Part shown: positions 30,983 through 41,708 of the stretch, piece by piece | Layout: each line of letters begins with the position of its first letter | Numbering within the stretch: the first letter of the stretch is position 1 | DNA from: Epithemia pelagica | Taxonomy: Eukaryota > Protista > Bacillariophyta | Direction: 5' to 3' | Length of the DNA: 64,000 nucleotides | Assembly (NCBI GenBank): GCA_946965045.2 | Contig: OX337240.1 | Coordinates: forward strand, 744,001 to 808,000 | Made by a program: the position numbers and the translations under genes | The notes under the pieces: generated by a model | Seen by the model: only the letters and a program-made list of their open reading frames with translations | Database searches by the model: none | What the model was told of the DNA's origin: nothing

Positions 30983-32996
30983 CTAGCTTTTACGATTGGC
31001 AAACGAGCAAAACTCAATTTTGGCCCTGCCCTCTTCCACAAATGCCGTGCCAACCAAGACCTCGCCATAAAGTGGCAGAGTCCTGTACTGAGGCTCCTCT
31101 TTGACAATCAGTCCGGCTTTCTTGGCCTTTTCGAGGGCGCCAAAGACGTCGGCCACCGAGATTGTCATGGCGTTGAGATGCTGGCTTTCACCGCAGACAG
31201 TTTCGGGTTTGACCCACTGCATGAGACACGCCCAGAAACTGTCGCCGGGTAACTTGCAGCCTCGAATACGTTCAATGTGGCTGCCTTCCGCTGGAATGTT
31301 GAAGGCAGGCAGCATATCATACTGCACGCCAACCTCGGTGCTGTCAAAAACCTTTTCAAAGCCAAGCTCTTCAAAGACGGAGATAGCCTTCTTGGCGTCC
31401 ATCAAGTTGATGGTGAAGTGGAGTAGGTTGGGACTCTTCTTTCGATTCCACCAGTTCATACCACGAATCATTAGCTGAATGGGATTTTCGAATTGAATCA
31501 AGTAGACGGTAAAGCCATCGGGATCTTTGTAGACCGCGATGCTACCGGCAGGAGTTTTCACAGGCTTGACAATGGGCTCCAAACCTTTGGCGGCCGAGAG
31601 TTGCTCCACATCGGCATCCAGAGTCGTGGTTAAAATGGCCAGTCGCGTCATGCCCGCATGCCAGCACTCTCCACGCGTGGGCATTCCCTTGGTTTCACGC
31701 AGCAACACCAGTGTGGGCCAGCCCGACTTGGAGGTGCCCGACTGCAAAAACTGTTGACCCTGCACCGTGGGACCATACAACTCCAGACCAAAGGCTTGGT
31801 AAAAGGGCAAAGCCTTTTCGAGTGACGACACGTCAATCGTCACATGCGAAACCACATTGAGTGGTGGAAGGTCAAGAGCTTTGGGAGTGAAACGGAACAA
31901 GCGTTTCAAATTATCGGCCACATGAGTCGGAAGAGAATGCAGGGCTTTCCAAAGAGTGTGCGCATCCATCCCAATCCAATAATGGCTTTTGATTTGTGTG
32001 TCTGGTAATTGTAGAATTTCTTGAATAGCTTTGATTACCAGTTGTGGGTCGGCGGCTGGTCCTTTTCCACTGGCCATGGCAGAGAGCGTTTTCTCTACAT
32101 TGGAACGAAAGGCATCGCCCCCGTACAGACCCTTGACATAATCCGAGGCGGCGTCATAATTTTTGAGATAATTCTTGGCCCAATCGGATTGAATGTCGGT
32201 ACTAATTTGCCCCGGTCGAATCTTGACCACGTTCACCCCAAACTGTTCCAATTCCAGACGCAAGGAATCACTCCAGGCTTCCACGGCAAACTTGCTAGCG
32301 TTGTAGGCCGAATTGGACGGATTCGCCGACGCCCCACACACGGAACTGAGATTCAAAATGCGGGCGCCCGTTGCGAGTGTGCGAGACGTTCGCAGGATGA
32401 GTGGTACAAACGCCTGTGTCACACGCACTTGGCCCATAAAGTTCACGTCCATGACGCGAGAAAAGATTTCCAAATCCTTGTAAAACAAAAAATCACCTGG
32501 ATCAGCAATGCCTGGGCAAATGTTTGGAATATTGTGTGAGGGAAATTGACACCCGAAAACGCAACGCACGAGTTGAACGCTTACCAGCATTGTTAATGAG
32601 CGCAAAGAGGACAGCCTGCTTCGGGTTTAAGATCTCTTGTTCCGTATAGGTCACTGCAGCTTCAATGTCGGTAGTCGACGTGACATCACATTTTAGGGCA
32701 AAGAGGGTGGAGCGTCCCAATTGACGCAATTCTTGAGCCGCATCCTCGGTCCGTGTCAGGGCCAAGAACAAGTAGGGCTTGCCATCCGTGTCGCACAATT
32801 CCTGCTCCGCCAAGAGACGACCAAACCCACGGTCACAGCCTGTGACGACGACCAGTTTCGAGCGGGTATCCTTCACCGTAGTTTTGGGGGCGGCCTTGAT
32901 AGGAGCCAGGTAGTGCGCCGCGTAAGCTGTGGCACAGACAGTGGAAAACAGGGCCAAGTGGGCCGCGGATTCCAGAAACGATGGACGGGCGCTCAT
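30983..32996 (-). CDS. Short-chain dehydrogenase/reductase fused to two glyoxalase/VOC domains, complement(join(30983..32511,32585..32996))
   Basis: TGCDRGFG, NNAG, YNASK; then SHVTIDVSSLEKALPFY..FGL, YKDPDGFTVYL and LHFTINLMD. Intron 32512..32584. Confidence 0.85.
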
Positions 32997-33559
32997 GGTT
33001 GGGTCTGTATAAGGTATGGAATGTGGGTTACGGGAGGGAAGATTCGTTGTTGTCTTGATGGAATGCTTTTTTCTTTTCCGTTTTTCGACACAAGATGAGT
33101 CAACGCGAATAAGACGAATGACGTCATTTCTTTAGAGATATTATTTCCCCAGTCCGTCCCCAGTTCCCAATCCTCCTCCGATCCAATCGTTAACCTTATA
33201 GGAGTAAACCTTAGCTACATTGGTGACGAAGTTTTAGTACTAATACGAGAGTAGGAGTAGCAAATACTCCTCTAGGAGTATGAGTAATGAGTACTTTCAT
33301 CATTGATCATGTCCTAGATCGGCAGACCAGAGACCATACCACGCCGGTCCGTCCGACAGTGCATGAACCAAAACCTAAGCATCCCACTAGTAGAGAAACT
33401 CAGTAATAAGAATCTTTCACTTCTATGAATCGACTACAGTTCTGGCCCAGTCTTCAAGTCGGAAGCGCTCCCTCAACACCTTACCAAGGATCCGGGTGGT
33501 CTCGGAACAACTATACCCAAAAGAACCGAACACCATACCAGGCTTGGTTGCTGTATATC

Positions 33560-33612
33560 CTCAAGCCATTTCTTCGATTCGTACGAAGTGCGATTCGAGA
33601 AACAGCCGTCAT
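33560..33612 (-). promoter_or_regulatory. SECIS element of GPx copy B (3' UTR)
   Basis: Minus strand AUGAC-GGCUGUUUCUCG-AA(loop)-CGAAGAAAUGGCU-UGAG: GA quartet, helix of about 12 bp and an AA apical motif. Confidence 0.85.
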
Positions 33613-33727
33613 TCCGAGCCTCTCCCTTCCCTGTCCACCCAACCAAACACCAACAGTCCCATTCACAGCCACGACAAGTCTTCTACAAGCAGTATTCATG
33701 GCATCAGCATATTGAAAGGAAATCGCG

Positions 33728-34431
33728 TTACGATGCCGCACAGGTTTCCTTCTTTTTCAAAAGCTCCTCAATGGCCGGTTTCATGGCTTTTGGATCACTG
33801 GTGAATCGTTGGAAGGACTTGCCCTCGTGATCGACCAGGAATTTCGCTGCGATCAACACAAACATTCATAAGTACAGGTTCACGAATCATTCTCGCCTCC
33901 ATGTGCGTGCGCAAGACCATGACCAACGTACCAAAATTCCAACGGATATCCGTCGATCCATCATCATTGGGAGCTTGTGGTTTGATGAATCGGTAGACCT
34001 CCCGTGCGTTGGAACCATTGACATCATTCTTTTCAAAAAAGATGAGTTTGTCTGGGATAGTAGGGTCAATGCCCTTGACAAATTCGATAATTTCTTCATG
34101 AGTTCCAGGCTCTTCTAGCGCAAATTGATTGCAAGGAAAGGCCAGAATCTACACATGTCAGGGAGCGAGGAGACGAGAGAGAAACACGTTAGAGTTGGAC
34201 CACAAATACCAGCAACAGAGACAACACCACGAAGCCAGGCGAGTTTGTACGCACCTTGAAGCCACGCGTTCCGTATTCTTCGGCCAGTTTGGGTAGTTGG
34301 GTATAGTTTACTTCGGTGAGACCTCAGTAGCTGGCCACATTGACCAACAAGAGGACATCACCCTTGTACTTGGACATGGGGACTGGGGTTCCGTCCATAT
34401 AGCGATCGGTACAATCGTAAAAACTCGCCAT
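33728..34431 (-). CDS. GPX: Selenocysteine glutathione peroxidase, copy B, complement(join(33728..33846,33932..34148,34255..34431))
   Basis: NVASY-TGA(34324-26)-GLT, ILAFPCNQF, IRWNFAKFLVD; two GT-AG introns; 171 codons; SECIS downstream. Confidence 0.88.
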
Positions 34432-34935
34432 TGTGTTGCTGGTCCAGATTCTTTTCAATAGGTCATAGTCCTGCCAGGATATTACGGTTACGGGGGAGGC
34501 TGAACTTTTCGTGGCGGCCTGTTTTTGGAAGGTTAAGTCGGTAGTCGGTAGGTGACGCCGGTTAACAGTCCGTAATCTGTCCGTAACCTGTCGGTGTCGG
34601 TAGTGGTGAGGCGTAAGGAGTCACGGTTCCCCTACCTGGATTTTCGTGGGAACAAACTACCACTCCTACCTAATCAGCAATCAATAGAGATGCTTCCGTC
34701 TGACAAGTAATCCTACTCCTAGGAGTAAGACCGGATGAATCAAACACTGAGAATCTCACAAAAGACACAAGAAGAAGAATCTGTCATTACCATGTGAATC
34801 AACTACAGTTTTGGCCCAGTCTCCAAGTTGGAAGCGCTCCCTCAACACCTTACCAAGGATCCGGATGGTCTCGGAATAACTATACCCAAAAGAACCGATT
34901 TCCATACCAGACACCCTAGCAGGTTGCTGTATATC

Positions 34936-34988
34936 CTCAAACCATTTCTTCGATTCGTACGACGTGCGATTCGAGAAACAGCCGTCAT
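34936..34988 (-). promoter_or_regulatory. SECIS element of GPx copy A (3' UTR)
   Basis: Minus strand AUGAC-GGCUGUUUCUCG-AA(loop)-CGAAGAAAUGGUU-UGAG. Confidence 0.85.
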
Positions 34989-35103
34989 TCCGAGCCTCTC
35001 CCTTCCCTGTCCACCCAGCCAAACATCAACAGTACCATTCACAGTCACGACAAGTCTTCTAGACGCAGTATTCACCGCATCAGCATATTGATATGAAATC
35101 GTG

Positions 35104-35847
35104 TTACGATGCCGCACATGTTTCCTTCTTTTTCAAAAGCTCCTCAATGGCCGGTTTCATGGCTTTCGGATCACTGGTGAATCGTTGGAAGGACTTGCCT
35201 TCGTGATCGACCAAGAATTTCGCTACGACAAACAAACAACCATGAGGTCCACGAATCCACAGCAAAAAAGTCTGTGTGACTAAAACGTACCAAAGTTCCA
35301 ACGAATATCCGTCGATCCATCCTCATTGGGGGCTTGTGGCTTGATGAATCGGTAGACCTCCCGTGCGTTGGCACCATTGACATCATTCTTTTCAAAGAAA
35401 ATGAACTTGTCCGGAATGGTAGGGTCAATGCCCTTGACAAATTCGATAATTTGTTCATGAGTTCCAGGCTCTTGCAGTCCAAATTGATTGCAAGGAAAGG
35501 CCAGAATCTATGCATGTCACAACAAGAGTGAGAAACAAGGGAAAGTTGAACGCACAGCAACCTGTGAAACCAAGCGAGTGTGTACACACCTTGAAGCCGC
35601 GTGCTCCGTATTCTTCGGCCAGTTTGGGTAGTTGGGTATAGTTTGCTTTTGTAAGACCTCATTTGCTGGCCACATTGACCAACAAGAGGACGTCGCCCTT
35701 GTACTGGGACATGGGGACTGGCGTCCCGTCCATGCTGCGATCGGTGCACTCGTAGAAACTCATGGGTACAGATCCAGATTCTTTTCCATAGGCCATGCGG
35801 GTGACAGTATCCTGGGCCCGTCCAAACATGCGGGAGACAAAGCTCAT
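35104..35847 (-). CDS. GPX: Selenocysteine glutathione peroxidase, copy A, complement(join(35104..35222,35291..35507,35590..35847))
   Basis: NVASK-TGA(35659-61)-GLT, FPCNQFGLQEP, WNFAKFLVD; two GT-AG introns; 198 codons; SECIS downstream. Confidence 0.92.
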
Positions 35848-36044
35848 GGAGGTGTCTTATGAGACGAACTTTTTGCGCCTGTTCCTCAGTGTTCGACCAT
35901 CTTTGATGGATTGCTCTGACTCATCGTTAACTCGGTAGGTGACGTCGGTTAACAGTCCGTCATCTGTCAGTAAAATGTAGGTAGCCCATATGAAGAGTCG
36001 CGGACCGGTCGCGGAGCAAACATTTTGCAGAACTACCTAAGCCA

Positions 36045-37715
36045 ATGCTTCGGAAGCAGAAAGCACCCTCGTTCAAGACGTTCCTGAGGAAACGAATAAT
36101 GCAACAGATCCAACAAATGCTATGGTGTGGTGGAAATTACTGGAGAAGAGGACCAAAGCTCCGTGGCCGCTTTTTTATGCCTTATAACGTCGTTGGCACT
36201 TGTTTTTCGTTGGTTCGAACACGAACCACAGCATCAACCGTAATACAGGGGAGTTGGAGTGAATCTAGACTACCAGTGTACAGGAGGCTTCAAGTAAATG
36301 TTGCTGGAAGAAATTTATGCAATTTCAGGACTAAACACAGATACACAGCGATTTCTATTCGCAGTTTTGCCTCCAGCGCTGCGACGTCAATACCGAACAG
36401 CAAGGACGAATCCTTGTTGGACCGTTACCAAAGGCTGGTGGGAGAAGGTCAGGTTCACCATGATACTCATCAAATGGAAGCCCTCGAGTTCTTGGAGCAC
36501 TTGCGTATGGAACTATTGGCTTACAATCTGCCTCCCCTCCCCAAGGAAACTTCGTCCACAAGTGGTGATGAAGGATCCTTCTCGAGTTGGTTTGGTTTTG
36601 GGGGTTCTAACACGAGTGGGGCCAACCAAAGTGTAATGAAAACAGCAATGAACTGGAAAAGTACTGTTCCAAGAGGGGTCTATTTGCATGGAGGAGTGGG
36701 TTCTGGCAAGACCATGCTCATGAATCTATTTTATGATTCTTTGACAGAAGAACCGTGGGCTTCGGAAAAGCAAAAGATTCACTATCACAAATTCATGGCC
36801 ACAATTCACAAGGAAATGCACCGAGCACGGAACAACCAGAGTGGCCAACACGTGAGTGACGCTGTCTTGCCAGCCGTGATTGCCGAAACGGCGCGCAATG
36901 GCCGTTTGATTTGTTTGGATGAGTTTCAAGTCACAGATGTGGCTGACGCCTTGATTTTACAACGACTCTTTACAGGGTTGTGGAAAGACCAAGGATGTAT
37001 TGTCGTGGCAACTTCGAATCGTGCACCGTGCGATTTGTATTTTGGTGGGCTGCAACGGGATCGATTTCTACCCTTTATTGACTTGTTGCAGGAATCTTGT
37101 CACGAAGTGAGTTTGTGGGATTCGGCAGTAGATTATCGATTGATTCAAAAGGTGGAATCGGGAGAAATGGCCAGTCTGTGGTTTGTGGGAACTCAGGGAG
37201 AAGCCGAGTTGGATCATCTGTTTCGACAAGAACTGGTTGGACCGGTCAATACGACGCGTTCATTGGACTTGCCCGTATCCAGCGAAAGCCAACGTACCAT
37301 TCCTGTTCCTCAAGCGAATCAAGCTCGAAGAATTGCTCGTTTTTCCTTTGCGGACATTTGCCAAACAGCCATGGGTGCGTCGGATTACCTAGTGATTGGG
37401 GAGCACTTTTCCACAGTCGTTGTGGACCAAATTCCGACCTTGACCTTGAATGAATTGAATTGGGTCCGTCGTTTCATCCTGCTGGTGGATGCCCTGTATG
37501 AATCCAACGTGAAGCTCATTCTACACTGTCACGAGGCGACACAGGCATCCGACATTTTTGTCGTACAGGATCGAGAATCGGTGGTTGCCAATCACGACGA
37601 GGTCTTTGCATTTGACCGCACCGTCTCGCGATTACAAGAAATGTCCAGCCGAACCTATCTACATCGCAAATGGACTGGACGAACGAGGACAAAGCACAGT
37701 GAAATGGATCAATGA
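36045..37715 (+). CDS. AFG1: AFG1/LACE1/ZapE-family ATPase
   Basis: GVYLHGGVGSGKT, ICLDEFQVTDVADA, VATSNRAP..LY.GGLQR, RRFILLVDALYE, FAFDRTVSRLQEM. Confidence 0.92.
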   Translation: MLRKQKAPSFKTFLRKRIMQQIQQMLWCGGNYWRRGPKLRGRFFMPYNVVGTCFSLVRTRTTASTVIQGSWSESRLPVYRRLQVNVAGRNLCNFRTKHRYTAISIRSFASSAATSIPNSKDESLLDRYQRLVGEGQVHHDTHQMEALEFLEHLRMELLAYNLPPLPKETSSTSGDEGSFSSWFGFGGSNTSGANQSVMKTAMNWKSTVPRGVYLHGGVGSGKTMLMNLFYDSLTEEPWASEKQKIHYHKFMATIHKEMHRARNNQSGQHVSDAVLPAVIAETARNGRLICLDEFQVTDVADALILQRLFTGLWKDQGCIVVATSNRAPCDLYFGGLQRDRFLPFIDLLQESCHEVSLWDSAVDYRLIQKVESGEMASLWFVGTQGEAELDHLFRQELVGPVNTTRSLDLPVSSESQRTIPVPQANQARRIARFSFADICQTAMGASDYLVIGEHFSTVVVDQIPTLTLNELNWVRRFILLVDALYESNVKLILHCHEATQASDIFVVQDRESVVANHDEVFAFDRTVSRLQEMSSRTYLHRKWTGRTRTKHSEMDQ

Positions 37716-38094
37716 TTTCTTTATGTATGTGACAAGTAAACATGTTCACAGTACGTGACGCCGGGTTTTCAAGTCATGGACAAATGAACCCCCTTTAAGT
37801 GGAAGCTTAACACGTCGACTTAAATTGCTTGTGAGGTTACCTACCTGACTGATGATATGACGTTGAAGTTACAATGTCATCTTGTGCCAACTGATAACAT
37901 ATCCATGGGACTCCTTCCTCCTACTCCTACTCCTTTTACCCCTTCAACAGTTCGATCTGCATCTTTCCAGGAGTAGGTAGCTTGCTCTTTGACATCGATA
38001 GCTCACTCCCCCACTTCATCTGGGGGAGACTTCTTGCCCCCGTTTGCGTTTGATCCTGGGTATCTTTTTGGCCCTGGCAAAACCGAGAGAGACC

Positions 38095-41000
38095 ATGGCC
38101 ATCAGCCAAAGATCAAGACAAACGGAAACGAGTGTCACTGTGGCCTTGGGATCAAAACGAACGCGATGGAAATGTTGTCAATCACTAGGATTCATAGTTT
38201 TGATCGGCTTGGCCATGAAGAGGGCAGCTTCCGAAACAAGACGTTTGCACCACGGATGGAAAGCATGTCGTTTGGCTGCATTCTTGGAGAGTGACCAGGG
38301 GAAATGTCCAGAAGATCAGCTTCTCAATGTTCCATCGCTTCCTACTACCGCCCTGTGTAAGTTTTTGATTCCAGGGATGCTTGTGGATGAGGGCTTTCGA
38401 GCAAGAACATGATTCACCATCTCATGATCAGTGTTCCGCCCTACTGTTTGGTGTTGTGTCTTGTTCAACGAACAGCCGTGCTGTTGGACAATGAAAAGAT
38501 TCCAGGCCTCGAAGGTTTCCACTCTGAAGACATTTATTTTTCGACAAATCTGGCGTTGATGCCGGATATTTCAACGGTGGGGCGAGAATACTATACTCTT
38601 GTCTACCAGATAGAACTTCCAAACTCCACACACTTGAACCCTCGGTCAATGTTTCGCAAACAACCAAACGAAACAAGAAAAACGCTACGCATTTCTGGTG
38701 TCAATTATCGGGCCCATGCCTATCTGAATGGAATGCTTATTCGGGAATTGTCCAGTCATTCGTACGATGGAATGTTTCGTCGCCGCTCCTTTGATGTTAC
38801 AACAGGAGGCCTGTTTCAGATTGTGATTGAACCTCCACTACACCCTGGAAGCTTTTCACCGGATGATTCTTCTAGTGACGAAATCAAAATGTTTCCGTAC
38901 AGCAACTTGCGTCAACAGGGTGGAAATCATGAACTGGCCAAAGATGGTCCTACCGCTCAATTCATGTTGGGATGGGATTGGTGCCAGGCAATGCCCGATC
39001 GTGCCACTGGATTTTATGGATCCGTCTTACTGGAAGAATCTGGTCCTGCCGCACTTGTGGATCCTGCCATTCAAACCCTATCAGTCACATGCCATACTGT
39101 GGAATATGATCCAGTTCATCAAGTTAGGGGAAGTAACTGTTCTCATGTTGGCTTGTCTGCGTTGGTTCATATTGAATGCCCAGCGTGTGGTAATAACAAT
39201 CAGACAGGAAGGCTTCGAATTGTATCTGACTGGGAAGAGACCTGGGAGTCTACGTTGAAACTTAGTGATGCCATGGATCTGCGCCGAGTCCTTCCGGTCC
39301 ATCATCCGGAAAAAGTGCAACTGTGGTGGCCTCATGGGATTGGAATAAACCCTGCAATGGTGGCTCACATGCATACTTTTACATTTTTCATGGAGATTTT
39401 TGGCAATGACGACACACTTGTACTTTCGGATGCGACGTCGATTCGTGTTGGTGTTCGACAGGTTGACACATGGTTGGATACAGAGCTGCAAGGACAAACC
39501 TTTGCTGTCAATGGGCACCGATTTTACGTTGTTGGAGGGAATTGGATTTCTCCCGATCAAGCCTTGAGGTATTCGGCATCGCGTAGACGCTATTGTCACG
39601 AGCTAGCGTTGCATGTCCATGCCGGGTTCAATTTAATTCGTGTCTGGGGTGGAGCCATGGCTGAAACCGAAGACTTTTATCATTGTGCCAACGAGCTTGG
39701 GTTGTTGGTCTTTCAAGAATTTTGGATGACGGGAGATAACAACGGACGATGGGCGGGAAATGCCACGTGGCCTTTGGACCATGAAACATACTTGGCCAAT
39801 GTCAGAGATACGGTTCGCCGATTAAGAAATCACCCTTCGCTCCTGTTGTATGGAGGTTGCAATGAATGTTTTGGAAGACAGTGGACCGATTCCCCTCCTG
39901 GAAACATTGATCATGGAATTCGGGAGATCTTGCACGAGTTAGATCCAGGACGCTTCTATATTCCTTCTTCGAGTAAGTTTGTGCGGTTTTGTTGGGAAAA
40001 TCGGGGAACAGGATTTCTAACAGCCCACTTTTCTTGTTTTGACAGTGGGCGGGATGAACCGATCCTTTAGCCTCGCCTTTGCAGATGGTACGTATATGCA
40101 AAAATGTTCTTCAGGCTTCCCAGTGAATTTGTGCCACAATTTCTTACGAACTCGTTTACAATGCATGCAGGTCCATACGGTATGCTTCTCCCTCCAACTA
40201 TGTTCAAGCGAAATCCTGGTTTGCAACTGAAACGGCCTCATATTCGCATTGGTTTCCAACCAGAAATTGGAAGTACAAGCGCACCTACTTACAAAGGCTT
40301 ACTTCGATTTATGGGAAAGGAAGAAGCCGACGGAGGTTACCCTGGCCAAGGTTCTGATACGGATGGAGTCGGTCCATCTTGGGACTTCCATAAATTCCAA
40401 TCGTGGTACATTCGAAATAGTGACAACAGCTCATACGACTTTGTGTACAGCTATTTCGAAGACAGTTATCGCGTCAACGCTTCGGAATGGTGCGCCGCCG
40501 CCCAACTCGCTGCACACGTGCAATATCAAACCATGTTCAGTGCATTCATTGGACGCGCTTTTCAGTATACCACTGGCGTCGTTCTTTGGAAAAGCCAATC
40601 TCCGTGGCCTGCATTACGTGGCTTCCTGTATGATTGGTATCTCGAATCTACTGGCACCCTACGGGGTGTACGAGCGGCTTTGCAAAGTTCTGTGTCCGTT
40701 GCTCTTGATATGTCCCTGTGGAGGACCCGCATCATTAACCGTCGGATAGATCCATTGACATCATCCGAAAGGATTGGAGCTAGATACGATTGGATATCTT
40801 TAAACGGAGAAATTCTGGAATCTGGAGAAGTCCTGGTTGCTGAGGGCAGCTCCGTTGTTCCTCCCATGTCTTCTGCATTGCTGGGGGCGGAAGCCTTGAA
40901 ATGGCCAAGAAAATGCTCTGATGTATGCTTTCTGAAGCTACAACCCCTCCCGTCAACTTTAAATTTTGAAGCTGGTCATTCTCCAACGTGGTATTGGTTG

Positions 41001-41387
41001 ACTAATCCAAATCTCTCTAGCGAGAGTGACTTCTCGGCACTGGGTGCCATGCGACGACGCCAGGCAGTGACGGCCCGACTATCTGTGCCAAATTGTACCA
41101 TTTCCCATTCCAGTTCAATTTACTGGGTTGTCATTCAAGTTGAACCGTTGGCTCAAGATGCTCTGTTCTATCCTTTTTTATCAGTCAACGCAGTCGGTAT
41201 CGGTCCTCTTCTTCCAATAATTGATGACCATGAAACGGACGTTGTAATCGTCCCCGGTGAATCGCAAACTCGGCGTTTAGTTTTCCCGGGGACTGGTTTA
41301 CCATCTGACAGTCAAGTCCAAGTTACAATGGACAGTTGGAATGCACCTTCTTCTGCCACTTTCGCAACGTGCTCTACAATCAAATAG
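38095..41387 (+). CDS. Glycoside hydrolase family 2 (endo-beta-mannosidase-like), join(38095..38356,38476..39972,40046..40087,40171..41387)
   Basis: LGWDW, GGNWI, FNLIRVWGG, GLLVFQEFW, RLRNHPSL..YGGCNE, DGPYG, WKSQSPWP..RG.LYD. Three GT-AG introns give 1006 codons; start codon inferred. Confidence 0.85.
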
Positions 41388-41409
41388 TGACTGCAGCTAG
41401 CGCCTTCTC

Positions 41410-41608
41410 CAGGTTACACATTTGGCTGCAGGTTCGCAACACGTTTGGAGTGTCGGGTTTGTGCAGGTTTGGCGTTGCATCTTTGCTTTACGATCGATGA
41501 AACTAATGCAGGTTACACATTTGGATGCAGGTTCGAAACACGTTTGGGAGTGGCGGGTTGATGCAGGTTTGGCTGGCGCTGCGTCTTTGCTTTACGATCG
41601 ATGAAACT
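41410..41608. repeat. Two-copy tandem repeat, period about 99 bp, with internal GCAGGTT sub-repeats
   Basis: caggttacacatttgg...ctttgctttacgatcgatgaaact starts at 41410 and again at 41509. Confidence 0.85.
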
Positions 41609-41708
41609 CATATTTTTTTAAACCACAACAAACTGAAACAACACAACACATCAAAATCAAACCTCAAGTCTCTTTGTTCACAAAGAGAAATTTTGAATTC
41701 ACCAGTTA

